A stretch of DNA of 63,986 nucleotides, filler included, from Dimargaris cristalligena (taxonomy: Eukaryota), in assembly GCA_003614675.1 (NCBI GenBank). It is 3 parts of 3 records of this genome, joined end to end, with 100 filler letters (N's around TTAATTAATTAA, not from the genome) between each part and the next. Parts side by side here need not be neighbours in the genome. Positions count along the whole stretch, not along the records: positions 1 to 21,920 come from ML002650.1; positions 22,021 to 43,821 come from ML002651.1; 1 more part is not named here. The stretch is one strand, 5' to 3'. Shown here piece by piece: positions 11,885 through 23,452 of this stretch. Position numbers and translations under genes: made by a program. The notes below the pieces were generated by a model. That model was not told the origin of the DNA. It searched no databases and was given only the letters and a program-made list of their open reading frames with translations. Position 1 is the first letter of the stretch. Each line of letters opens with the position of its first letter.

Positions 11885-12711
11885 GGATAGGGGAGGGCCT
11901 TGCCATGCTAATATGTAAGGTTATGGTTATTTATCACTAAAATAATTATTTATATAAAAAAAACTGTTAGCTATGTTCCATTTTCTCTCAGGTTAACCAT
12001 TCTTAGTCTGTTAAAAGTCCTAAAGATAGGCTTCCAACATTAAGGGTAGCTTAAACTTAGCCAAGTGGGTACTAGAGTTAGGTATAGATAAAGGGCACCA
12101 ACTAATAAAGGAATAGTGCAAAGGTTATATAGGGTATACACACTGACTAGTTGGTATGAGGGGGTGAGTATATATAGGACTTATTAGATAAATGAGGGGC
12201 AAGTATAAGCTGAGGTACTAATAGGTCCCAATGGGGACCCATTATATATATATATATATATATAGGAATAGCTCCAGAAGAAATATCCTGAGAGGAATAC
12301 TACTAAGATTATGTTATAGGTAAGTAGACTAGCTAGGGCTTGGTAGTATCTAGAAGACTCTAATGGTAATTAGAAGGGTCTTTAGATTAATACTTGAGTA
12401 AGTAGTGGGAATTTAGGGCCAGGGGCTGGAAAAGATATAATAAATGTTAATCTTTTAGCCACACCCAGAGCCATAGGAATGGTAATATGGCATAACAAGG
12501 CCTAATATAGTTGTGAGCATAACTAGGCAGAATTAAGGTTGGTGAGACAGGCCAACACACATGAACACTAATTTAGTATTAGAGTAGCCAGCCACTAATA
12601 ACTTATATGGGGCCTTATTACATGTAGTAGTTTTTCAATGGTAACTCTGGGTATGGAAATGACCCATTACCTAACTCACATTGAATCACCCTCTGCTAGT
12701 ACCCTTTACTT
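11885..12711. repeat. Degenerate interspersed repeat or TE relic, copy B
   Basis: No CpG in about 830 bp. Shares TAGTATCTAGAAGACTCT, GGTCCCAATG, CTTAGCCAAGT and AGGCCTAATA in colinear order with copy A. Confidence 0.75.
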
Positions 12712-14162
12712 CGATTTTAGAAAGCCTGAATATTTGAGCTCTGATATGGCATTAGAGGAATCAATCGTAACAATAATGCTATAGATTATGGCCCGGGCTA
12801 TGTTATAGGTAGAGGGCCGTGTAAGGATATCAACCTAAGGTCCCTGAATTTGGATATTACTTGGAAGTAGTTATGTGGTTATTGACGTTCCAATCTATCA
12901 AAACTAATGTATGGTTTAGTGGTATAGCATATACATCAGTTTTTTTGGTGGTCTGATGATAACCTATTCTGTATCCAATACCCCTATAATAAAATTGAAT
13001 ATGCCCATTTCATTTGCTGACTTTAACTGAAAGCCCGATATAAATACATATTAGTTCATCGATACATGAAAGGCATTGCCAGGGTTTAGTCGTTTGAAAC
13101 CATTTGATTAGCCCCATAACAATATAATGGTTGAGCCGAGTGGCTGGAGAGCTTCATTCGCCTGCAATGATAGTCCCACCCGCCATTTCGTAGTTGAAAG
13201 GATGTAGGTGTGAGGAATAGGGCTAGTTATCCAACAATAGGTAGCAGGATTTTTGGAGTGTCAACTGGAGGAGCAATGACTAACCTATACTCGACCGCAA
13301 CTCTCCCCTCCCCCTTCCCTTCGTTATTTTCATCTGACTTGAAAGGTTAATAAAAGCAAAAGGATTGCTTTGCTTCTTTGTATTTAAATATGAATTTGAA
13401 TATCGAACACCCTCTTGATACACTCACTCGCCTTGGTATTGCTACTACTATTGTCTTTTTGGGCGAATCCCTAGCCTTCGGTAGGGGAGATGTTCAATCT
13501 AGCTGTATATCATAGCATAAACTTAATGTGACGGGTTTTACAGGTGAAGACCAACTTCCACCGCCTGGCTAGGAATAACACAATCTATTGAACGAGCAAG
13601 GTGATCTACGCAGTGCAACAATCGAATGCCCAGCAGCCCTTTATAATGCCGCTTAGCCCTTGGTATACCCTTTAAACTAACTGATTTTTCTCCATCTATA
13701 TACCCCTGCTGAGTCATTATAATCGATTTTACTCTCGAATCTCTCTCCCTTTTTCCGTTCCCTCCTCATCCCTCACCTTTTCTTGGTACCATCTCGCACC
13801 GGTAATACTTTTGCCCGATATGCCTCGGGAAGATTAACATTGCAGGCAAAATACGGGGGATACCTAAGTATATAAGAGGGACGGTACTGCTCCTCCATTT
13901 ATTATCCATCATCCACACATTCATATGCATTTCCCCTGTCCCCATTACATTATTACTGGCATCGTTCGCACACTATAACCAAATCCACTTTGATTGTATT
14001 AGTATTGATTACGCTACTCTTGCTCCCACCGCCTGCCCATCGCCACTTTTAAATTTATAGTGCGCCAATTATACCTTCTCCTCCGCTGGACCATTTATTC
14101 GCATCTTCATCCACCACCACCACCTGGCCCTTTTGTAGCCCCGTTCCAAAGCCACTTTGACT

Positions 14163-14501
14163 ATGAAGTTCACCACCTCCCGTATTGTGCCCGTCGCGGC
14201 CATCCTGGTTACCATGGCCCTATTCCTTGACCCGGTTGTAGTGGCCGTTAATCCCGCTAACCCCCCTCCCCCACCCAAGACGGGATCCACTAGTAAGAAC
14301 TCCGCTAGCGTCGCTGCAAAGACGGATGCCTCTACTAATAGTCCCACCAAAAATACCAAGCCAGTCAGGTCACCACTCAGCAGAGTGGCTAGAAAATGCA
14401 TGTATCATGCCTGCGGCGCCTTACTCAAAGTTATAGATGCCGGACATAGTCTCTCAGCCAAGCTAGATGGAAGACCCCCATACGTCCCTCCCAAGAATTG
14501 A
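14163..14501 (+). CDS. Small secreted protein (112 aa), Pro/Ser/Thr/Lys-rich
   Basis: MKFTTSRIVPVAAILVTMALFLDPVVVA signal-peptide-like N-terminus. GC-rich coding-like island in AT-rich surroundings. TATA-like TATAAG near 13870. Confidence 0.6.
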   Translation: MKFTTSRIVPVAAILVTMALFLDPVVVAVNPANPPPPPKTGSTSKNSASVAAKTDASTNSPTKNTKPVRSPLSRVARKCMYHACGALLKVIDAGHSLSAKLDGRPPYVPPKN

Positions 14502-14690
14502 TAGACATCATACCATATAGCCTATATACTTTGGTCGGAAAATATACATTTTTGAAAAGCACGGATACGTCCCATTAGAGGAATAGAGGAAGGGTTATAT
14601 ATATATATATATATTTACCCACCCTTCCTGGCTCGGTATTTTTCTTGTGGGTTATTTTTTATTTTATTTTTTGACTATTTTATTTTTCCG

Positions 14691-16246
14691 GATATTAAAT
14701 GATAGATCTATATATCCATGTGAAATGCTACTATACCCACTGACACCAATGATGATTTGAAGTAAGGGTAGATGATATGGGGTAGCAGTGAATTAGAAAA
14801 TAATGTATTTAGAGTCAGTGAGTGGGGAAGTAAGTAGAGGGATAGTTATTGTACCAGTGGTTTGAGGTACCTCCATTTCATGATTAGGGCTGGGGTTAGA
14901 TTCCCTGCTTCCTCCTGGGCTGGTAGGTTCACCAGACATTTGTTTTAAGGGGCCAGTGCCTGGATGGAACATAGAGAACTTGGGAAATGGACCTTCTGCC
15001 TGACAAAATGGGTCAGAGCTACTGTTTGAGTAGGAGCTGGGGTATGGTGGGAAATGTTCCACATGGATTGATCCTAAACTCCCATTATTGAGGTTAGGTA
15101 CTGGAGGAGCCATGGTGGCTATGTACTAATGGGCTGGTTGTAAAGAAAATAGAGTAAATAAAAGGAATAGGAAAAAAAAAACATAAGATTGACTTCCGAT
15201 TGAAGTCTTTGGCTGATACTAGGTAAAATGCTGGGTGAAGTTAAAATAGATATTTATTCTGAATAATAAAAACTTATCTCAAAGATAACTTGCTGATTTA
15301 ATGGCTGACTGGGATACTATATATATGAAAAATATTAGGGTTATAGATTAAACTTATGCTATGACTTTTGGATGTCATCCTCAGATAGACTGGCAACCAT
15401 AAAACCATGAAGGGGAAAACTGGCTGAGTCTTCAAGTTTGAACTTTGTGCAGAAACTGCTATGAAAAAATGGAAAGTGGAAGCACCTTGAATCCACTGAG
15501 GCATTCATAGTAACTGGATAAAGATAAAGAAACTTCAACACTGCCTACTGGGCATCAGTATGAAGAGATATTCCTTCCAACTCGACTGGAAATGTAAAGC
15601 TGATGATGTTGAAATAACTGTTTGGCCAACTGGGCTGGAAGTAGTAGAAATAAGAAAACCAATTGGCCACCTAAATGATGATTTCCAAAAAACTGTCTAA
15701 TGCAGTAGCTGCTTGTTTGACTTGTGCTGGTGTTATGCAATGGAGGGCGGCTAACCAGTTCTTCCCATGGAAGCTGGAAATTGTTCCTGGTCATGGCAGT
15801 ACAATAGTCATACTAGCAGTCCCTAGTGTACCCTAGATAGTGGGGCTTAACTATTGATGCTAATGGATTGAAACAGTGACAGAGAAGAATGGGCTTTTAC
15901 AACTGGTACATACCACAACACCCTCTTTCTAAGAGGGCTCTAGACTTTATTGACTTTTACCACTTGCCATTTAATCACAATCATCAGTTGACTGGATTAG
16001 TATAAGATAGTCTTAGTTGGTTCAGCTAAACTATAGGTGATATGAATACTCCCCTCATTGCCATACCTGCCCAATAACCCACCATCATTACCCTAGAATG
16101 ATGCAATCAGACATTCAATCACACATGTAATATAATACACAGACATGCTCTCTAATGAGAATTACCTTGCTGGTTGGGTGTTGCAACTACTGGTATATCA
16201 GCTTTTGATATTAGTAATTGATTCCAGCCCCTCCATTATCATTATA
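14691..16246. mobile_element. CpG-depleted relic, possibly retroelement-derived
   Basis: Only 3 CpG in about 1.55 kb. On the minus strand near 15910-15935, CCCTCTTAGAAAGAGGG-TGTTGTGG resembles a polypurine tract followed by an LTR start. Short minus-strand ORF 14793-15113 has no recognisable domain. Confidence 0.4.
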
Positions 16247-17388
16247 CGTCTGTGCTTCCTCAACTATTGTTGGTTCACCTTTTACATGAATTTAACAAAC
16301 TTGCAGATATAGTCAGTGTGGAAGGGATTTGGTATGAATAGATGATCCACACAGGTTAAAGTCTGACTAGCCCATCTATGCATAATAAAGTAGATTGGGG
16401 GTAGTAATTGTTACCTAATCAAAATAAGAAATGCTGATAATAAAGATGGAGAGCAATAGGTGCAGAGAAAAGGGGGGAGGCTATAAATCCACTAGATTGA
16501 CCCTATACTCTACTTCCGGTTATTAGAAAGTAGACAAAACTATCACAACTATTTATATTTATGTTTAACATGGTATTATAATGATGGAGAAAAAGAAAAC
16601 ATAATTTTAAAAAAATATGTATGGTGGTTACTAATCTAACAGAGGATATTACAAGTTATCAAGAGGCAGAAGGGAATGTTATCAATGGCGGAATGAAAGA
16701 AGGCAGGATGCGGGAAGGAAAGGAAAGGGAAAATAACTAAACTGTGAAGGTGGAGGGAGGGAGTCAAGGGAAGAATACATGTTGGACATGAAGTTGAAGA
16801 ATAGAAGGGTGCGAAGGGATGAATAAAAGATATTAGATTCGGGGAATGAAGAGTAGTAGCTGGTAGAGGGGAGAAGATGTATATACAGGGGGGAGGACAA
16901 GTATAAAAAAAAGCAACTTATAAATAAATATACATATCACAAAGGGGGGATTGGAAAATCGCGCGGTTCAGGGCGTTAGTTAAACTATGTAAAGAGAAGA
17001 TGGATATAATCTTCGAAATGAGCCGAAATCTAGGTAGGGGGGGGATTAGGCTAGAAGGAGGTAATGAAGATGGAAGCCACACAACCCATGAACCCGGTAT
17101 CCTCTGATTGCTGAATTTAAGTTGAAGATTGACCAAAAAATATATAAAAATAGACCAGTAAAAGGATCGGATGGAATAAATGATTAACAAAGTTATTGAG
17201 ATAATATGAGGCACATTGGCATTGTATGTGGAAAAAGAATAGGAGTATTGCTAAATACTATCCGACTTCTCCCCCACCGCCCCCTACACTAACACACAAA
17301 TACATATATGTCTACATACAACAACTCCCTTCTCCTCCTTTCCAATCCACCACACATACACCCCCGTACACAGTCTGTCGTTGCATTA

Positions 17389-19790
17389 TCAGCCCCGATA
17401 GGCCGGATTCAGTCTGAATAAATGGGGTGCATTAGTCGACGGGGGTTTGTTAACCCTCCCCCCCACCACCATTGTAGGTTGCAGAAGGAACCGGCCGTGG
17501 GGCCCCTTAGAATGGCGATGCAGACAATGGTTCAGGGTATTCAGGGGGGTCCGACCCCGCTGGGTAAACGCCGGTCCCACCACCGGGGATGTTCGGATCC
17601 GATCGTAAATGGCCTGACAGGACAGGGGCTCGGTCGCCGCTGCGAGCACAAAGGCACAGGCATCGGACCAGCTTCGGATCCCCTCGGGAGTGGTTGCAGT
17701 TGCAGTTACAGCTGTTATGGCAGCTGTTGCTGTTGTTGTCGCCATCATCCTTGACCGCCGGACCAGAGCCGGAGTGGGATACGGGGATACCGATCGAGAA
17801 GAGCGGGAGTTAATGGCAGCTAAGGAGGTACCACCTACGGACCGGGTGGGTGACGAAAGGGGTGAGGGAGATCCTGCACCACGCGTGGTAGGCGAGGAAG
17901 AAAAAATGGGGATCGCCAGGGTGGGGGTTAGGGTGGCTGGGCGACGTGGTCGACGACTGGTACGAGGCGAGGAAGACGAAGCAGAGGTAACCACAAAGGG
18001 GGAAGGGGCCATGATCACGGTTTTGCCCGATCGCCGGGTAGGGGTAGGGGTGGTGGTAGTGGTAACAGGGAGGGGCTTGTTCAATACGGGAGCCGCCGGA
18101 ATAGCCGTGACCGCTATCCGGGGATGCGATGATGGTGGTGGCGACCTAGGCAAACCGACCGTTTCGTCGGCTTTCCGTTTCCGAATTAGTACCGGGCTAC
18201 TACCAGCCGGTGCCACAAGTGGTTTAGATCCCGCGACTGGGCTGGTGGATACAATAGCAGCAGCAGTAGCTGAAGGGGCGGGAGAATTTTTAGACCGTTT
18301 AGGGATAAGGTTGCCCTCCCCGTCAACGAGAAGGGGCCGGGGGAACGCTTCGTAGTTCCGGAAATCCCAGACTTTCACTAGCCCGTCGTCGGAGCCGCTA
18401 ACGATTAGACTTTCGGTCATGTCGATTGCATTGACATCACTGTTATGGCCCTTGAGTCTCAGAATATTGCCTTCTTCGCGCTGACGGATGGACCAAACCC
18501 GAATGGTCTGAGGGACAAGAGAGCCAGGGCAATAGGGATGGAATGGGTGATAGAATGAGGGGTTAATAACCTGATAGAGAGTCTATTACAAACAAAAAGA
18601 AATGGCAATGATAGCATTGGTATCTCGGGCTGATCCCTTCCATCCTCCCCCTGAGGAGTTGGAGTAGGAAATGGGGAAGCAATGTATTGTAAAATGATAA
18701 GAGAAGAGAGGAGAACCCCGCAATCATAATACCAACCACCCAATAATCATTATCAGGGACATTAGATTAAGCATGGCTGGAGGGAAGGGGGGGGATGTTT
18801 GAAGGGCGAATATCCCACATAATGAAGGGGTGTGTAAGTTAGGAAAGAGTGAAGGACTGGCGCCTATAGAGAGGGGGAAATTACCTTATCGTAGGATCCG
18901 GTACAGAGCTTGGTGCCATGGGTCTGGAGACAGCGAACCCCGCTAAGGTGGCCGTGAAGCATGTGTGGTTCGACTCGTTGGAAGGGGAACGCGTTGGTGC
19001 TAGGCGAAGAGTTCCGCCGGTTCAGTCGCTGCAGTGGCTTGCGCGAGTTAGTGGGGGACTGGGTCGACTGGTGGTGGTGCCATACCAAGATGGATGAATC
19101 CTCGGCGCCCGATACTAGATACGACTGATCCAATTTTAGCGAAGTGACGGGACTGCAATGGTTTCCAATGTACGAAATCACGGACCGGGTGGCCCGGTCG
19201 CACACCACGACGGAACTTCCGACTCCCACGTAGAGGAAATCGGCATCGAAGTCTACGCTACCAATGACATCGCCGGCCGTGGGTATCCGGGTGGTCGTAC
19301 TTCCAGGCCGACGAGGCGCCACGGGGGCAGTAGCAGTAATGGTAGTAGTAGTAGTAGTAGCTGTCATAATCTGGGGGCCATTGCCTCCTCCTTCGGGTAT
19401 CACCACGTCCTCATCCGGGTAAAGATTAAATATAGACTGACAGGTACCCGTGACGGTGTCCCAGATCTGCACTAGGCCGGAGCCCGTACCCGCGGCCATC
19501 TCGTGTTTTTTGTACCGCAGACAAATGACCTCATCGCCGTGGTCCAAGACGTGTTGGCGCACAAAGTCGGGTTTGCGGGTAGCGAGGGAAGCGAATGCGG
19601 GGCTACCCAGGGTTTTCGATGCATTCCACGGGGGCCGCTGGTCCAAATGTGCCAGAATATCGTCGTTCAAGTGGGCGAGTGCCGGATGATGGCAGTGGCG
19701 GGGGTCGGTCAACCGCCGCCGCGGGGATGTGGTATTAGTAGTAGCAGTAGTAGTAATAGTAGTAATAGTAGTAGAAGAAGGAGAAGAAGA

Positions 19791-19825
<35 letters not shown>

Positions 19826-20750
19826 CAGTAGCAGTAGCAGCAGCAGCAGTAGTAGGGACGGCCAGTTCCCCGCCCTGCAGTTGCCAAACCAACACGGTAC
19901 CGTCCCACGAACCCGAGACCAAGGTAGCTGACATTCGATCATAGTCCAAACAAGATACCGCATTGGTGTGGGCACGCAGGGTGCGTACGCAACGGTTAGA
20001 ATCCAACGACCATACTTTAATGACGTGATCGCGACCACCACTGAACACGAGGCGCCGCACGGGGTCAATGCGGACGGCCAGGACCACGCTGGAGTGACCC
20101 CGGTAGTCGCGGGTTTTATACTGACCCCGGTACCAGTTAGTTTCCAGCCGGTAGTAGTACTGGAACTCCTGGTCCCAATGAATAGCGGCCCGAGTGGCCG
20201 GAGGCAGGGGTTGGTAGCAGTGCAGGTAGTCGGGTAGGCGGAGGTGGAAGCGGTGCGGGGAAGTGGTGGTAGTGGACCGGAGGAGGGGCGAGGGGCCCGT
20301 AATGGTCGTTGAGTTACCGACCACCGCCCCCCCTCCTCTGGTTGGGCGGTGGCCAGCGGTTGACGTGGAGGCGGCGGAAACCTCTCCTATTTCCTCGCTC
20401 ACCTCTTTTTTTCCACCTTCGGAAAGAACGGTAGTGGTAGTAGTCATTGGTCGGGGCCGGATAAACCCGTCACGCGCTACGGTAGACTGGGGGTAGCGCT
20501 CCTTGACCAGCGGCAGGAAGCCGTGCCGGCGACACTGGTGGTACCACAAGGCCTGTTCGCCACACAGGATCCGCCAGCGGCGACAGGTCTGGGAAGCGGC
20601 CACGAGGGACTGGACCGGGAGCTCAGACAGGCACCGGAAAGTGATATGTAAGGGGAGCTTGGACAGGATATCCTGCTGGGGCGACCTGGCGGCCGCTGCC
20701 GCCGTCGGGGCCACCACGGGTTTGCTGAAATAAGGGTGTTTGCCCTTCAT
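17389..20750 (-). CDS. F-box/WD40-repeat protein with C-terminal HARE-HTH (ASXL-like winged-helix) domain, about 994 aa, 2 exons
   Basis: Exons 20750-18885 and 18507-17389 (GTAATT...CAG, phase 0; the junction GSYDK|TIRVWS restores a WD40 repeat). F-box DILSKLPLHITFRCLSELPVQSLVAASQTCRRWRILC. Multiple GH..WD-type repeats. C-terminal RSWSDACAFVLAAATEPLSCQAIYDRI...GRTPLNTLNHCLHRHSKG. Confidence 0.9.
19734..19855. repeat. Coding trinucleotide repeat tract (AGT/AGC/AGA)n encoding poly-Thr/Ala/Ser
   Basis: GTAGTAGTA.../GCAGCA/GAAGAA runs. On the minus strand these encode TTAAAATATATTTTTTTTTTSSSSPSSTTITT, an insertion in the WD40 region. Confidence 0.9.
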
Positions 20751-20823
20751 GTCGGAGCACAAGTGGGAAGTAAGTAGTAAAGAGGTGTGTACACAGCTAA
20801 AGGGGAACGGGGCCGTTTACCCG

Positions 20824-20859
<36 letters not shown>

Positions 20860-21862
20860 AAAAGGGGCGAATTGGGGGAAAGGCAGCAAATAGTTTAACA
20901 GACGGTATAACAAGAGGGACAAGAGCGGCCAGGTCAAGAGGCTTCGGCAGACCACACCGGAAGGGCAGAGAAACAGCTATAAAGTCCAAGCCAGGGAAAA
21001 GGGTTCAGCGCAAGAAGTAAGGCGGAGGGGAATGAGAAGCAATGCAACGGGGCCGTAGAGGGGCGTGCGGTGAAATAAAGGAGAGGAGAAGGAGGAGGTA
21101 TATAGAAGGCGGGGGTATTTTCTTTACAGGTATATAAGCAACTGGCCCCGTATAGTATAGTAAGTGAGAAAGTAAGTAGGAAAGTAAAGTGGATATAAAA
21201 GACGGAGAATAGAGGATATAAAAGAAAGGGAGTGTGCAAAGAAAGGCAAACCAAACGCTGGCTGGAGAAGGTGTTTTTCAATCGGGCTGACCAGGTGATA
21301 ATGCCCCTAGCGACGGAAAACGAGGTCAAGGAAAAGTCTCAAGGGCGCAACGAATGAACACCAGCAAAGACATTACTTTATAGTATTGTATTGTATTGTA
21401 TGGAATGTAAAAGAATATAATATAATATAAAAGAAAAGAGATAGATAGATAGACAGACTAAGCCAGACCACCGGGCCAGTGCATTCAGCAGTGCCCAAAC
21501 CCTTTTAAAAGACCAAGGAATTAGGAAAGAATTAAAAGAGAGTTGAAAAACCTGGTTCTGCTCGGCAGTGGCTTATTTCTTTCCACAGAGTCTCTCTTTC
21601 TCTCACTCGAAATGCCCTCCATGGCTTGGGCCGGCGGTTAGCCATGTATACTACCTATATTATACTATCCATCTATCTATACTATTAATATCTTCCCCGC
21701 CTCTTCTACGAGGGACAATTGCTTGGGCCAGTGTGGTGGATAAATTTTTGATTGGACACTCTAATAACGGGAGAGAAGACTTCCCCCAAAACCCCAATTA
21801 TTTTCCCTCTCACCTGCTCTCTACTTCTCCCAGCCTAACGGATCACTACTGCTGCTACTCTA

Positions 21863-21865
<3 letters not shown>

Positions 21866-21919
<54 letters not shown>
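21866..21919. repeat. (CT)n microsatellite abutting an assembly gap
   Basis: Perfect TC/CT run directly before the N block. Confidence 0.95.
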
Positions 21920-21920
<1 letters not shown>

Positions 21921-22020
21921 NNNNNNNNNNNNNNNNNNNNNNNNNNNNNNNNNNNNNNNNNNNNTTAATTAATTAANNNNNNNNNNNNNNNNNNNNNNNN
22001 NNNNNNNNNNNNNNNNNNNN
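21921..22020. other. Assembly gap with artificial TTAATTAATTAA linker
   Basis: 100-nt N block containing TTAATTAATTAA (21965-21976), which has stops in all six frames. Same construct as 43822-43921. Confidence 0.95.
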
Positions 22021-22367
22021 AATCATAGGGAAAGCATGCATCCACCAATAGAGATATAAATAAAATCAAAGTAAAAATTCGTGTAGAAAGAATGGGTTAA
22101 AAGGGAAGGGAAAAAAACTGGATATACCAGACAAAAAAGCCGCTTCATACCTTATATATAAATATAATAATCAAATAGTAATACTTTATACCTGTGGCAA
22201 TTAAGGGGACACTCCACCTTGCCACACCGGAGCCGAAAACCTTAATTGAACCAAAATTATAAATTAAACAGATTGACCCAGAATTCGGGAAAAAGGTGTG
22301 TTTCAATAAAATAATTAACTTTATTACTAAATTCTACAATCACCCTAATTAAGGAATTGTTTGAGTT

Positions 22368-22432
22368 CCCCTATCCCACCTCGGATCCGAGAACGACTGG
22401 TAATACCCACAGTCCACCACGACCCCGTTACA
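22368..22432 (+). mobile_element. Probable LTR or repeat 3' terminus related to positions 1-55
   Basis: AGTCCACCACGACC (22411-22424) followed by CCGTTACA. Lies about 350-400 bp from a contig gap. Confidence 0.4.
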
Positions 22433-23128
22433 CTAGGAGGAATGGAGGCAAAGCAACAGGAGGCCATGCACCCATTGTGTGAATAGATTTTAGAGTCGTT
22501 TTAATTATTCATTGTGAGATACGCAAGTGTGATGTATTAGGCTCTGCATCAATCACAGTTGAGTGGATTCCCAACAGAGATGGCAATATCACTAGATTGT
22601 AATTCAACTGGATTCAAGCAGGAGGCGAGACAAATCCACCATATAAAATGTGATATATGGCAGTAGCTATTGGCTATATATTGATGCGTATTAACTTGAC
22701 CTACTATTATTATTATGCATGCCTGAGGAGGCGGAAAATTGGAGGGTGGGGAGCAACGGCATCGACATCGGCAACAGCAACTGTAGATCAATGGTTTGGG
22801 ATCCTAGTGCGTATAACAAACCACTAGTGGACCAGCTCTCAACCTGTGATCGGCCCTCCATCTCACACCGCCCAATTCAAAGGACGACTTCTCACTCACA
22901 CCGTTGGAACTCCAGCATTTTTGAAATAGATGACGACCCTTGAAGCCTCTCACATAAATACCGGCCCAGTTCCACCCTTCCCTATACATCCATTATCTTC
23001 AAGTCTCTTATACTTACCTTATCAGCATTGTCATTACCATTTCCTTATCCATTCTCATCTACTTTCGACCTTTACCAAAGTACCTAACACCAGATTTATA
23101 CTTCCCTCTGACATACTTATTTACCGCC

Positions 23129-23452
23129 ATGCACTTTCCGACTATCATGCTTACCCTCGCCTTGACAACCATGGCCTCTCAAAACCATGCCACCACTCCC
23201 GCTACTACCAACTCATTCGGCCAATTGGTCCGCCGCTCACTGTCCTCGGATACTACGTTGCCGCACCTTTTCCGCCGCCAGGGAAAGCCAACCACATTTA
23301 CTATCCGAGATCCAAATAACATCCGAAAGCCCGATGCTATTGATCCAGTCCCCACCAAGAATTCCTCGAAAGCAAACAATTCTTCAAATAATACCACAAT
23401 CAAAAGGAAGGCCGAACCCCAGACCAATTCCTCTAAAAGGTCTAAGGTATAG
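23129..23452 (+). CDS. Small secreted protein (107 aa) with dibasic processing sites and a C-terminal NLS-like motif
   Basis: MHFPTIMLTLALTTMASQNHA signal peptide, LVRR/S and LFRR/Q Kex2-like sites, C-terminal KRKAEPQTNSSKRSKV. Confidence 0.6.
   Translation: MHFPTIMLTLALTTMASQNHATTPATTNSFGQLVRRSLSSDTTLPHLFRRQGKPTTFTIRDPNNIRKPDAIDPVPTKNSSKANNSSNNTTIKRKAEPQTNSSKRSKV

Noticed and set aside
21965..21976. TTAATTAATTAA inside N runs (also 43866-43877)
   Set aside because: Identical placement in two 100-nt gaps and stops in all six frames mark it as an assembly linker, not biology.
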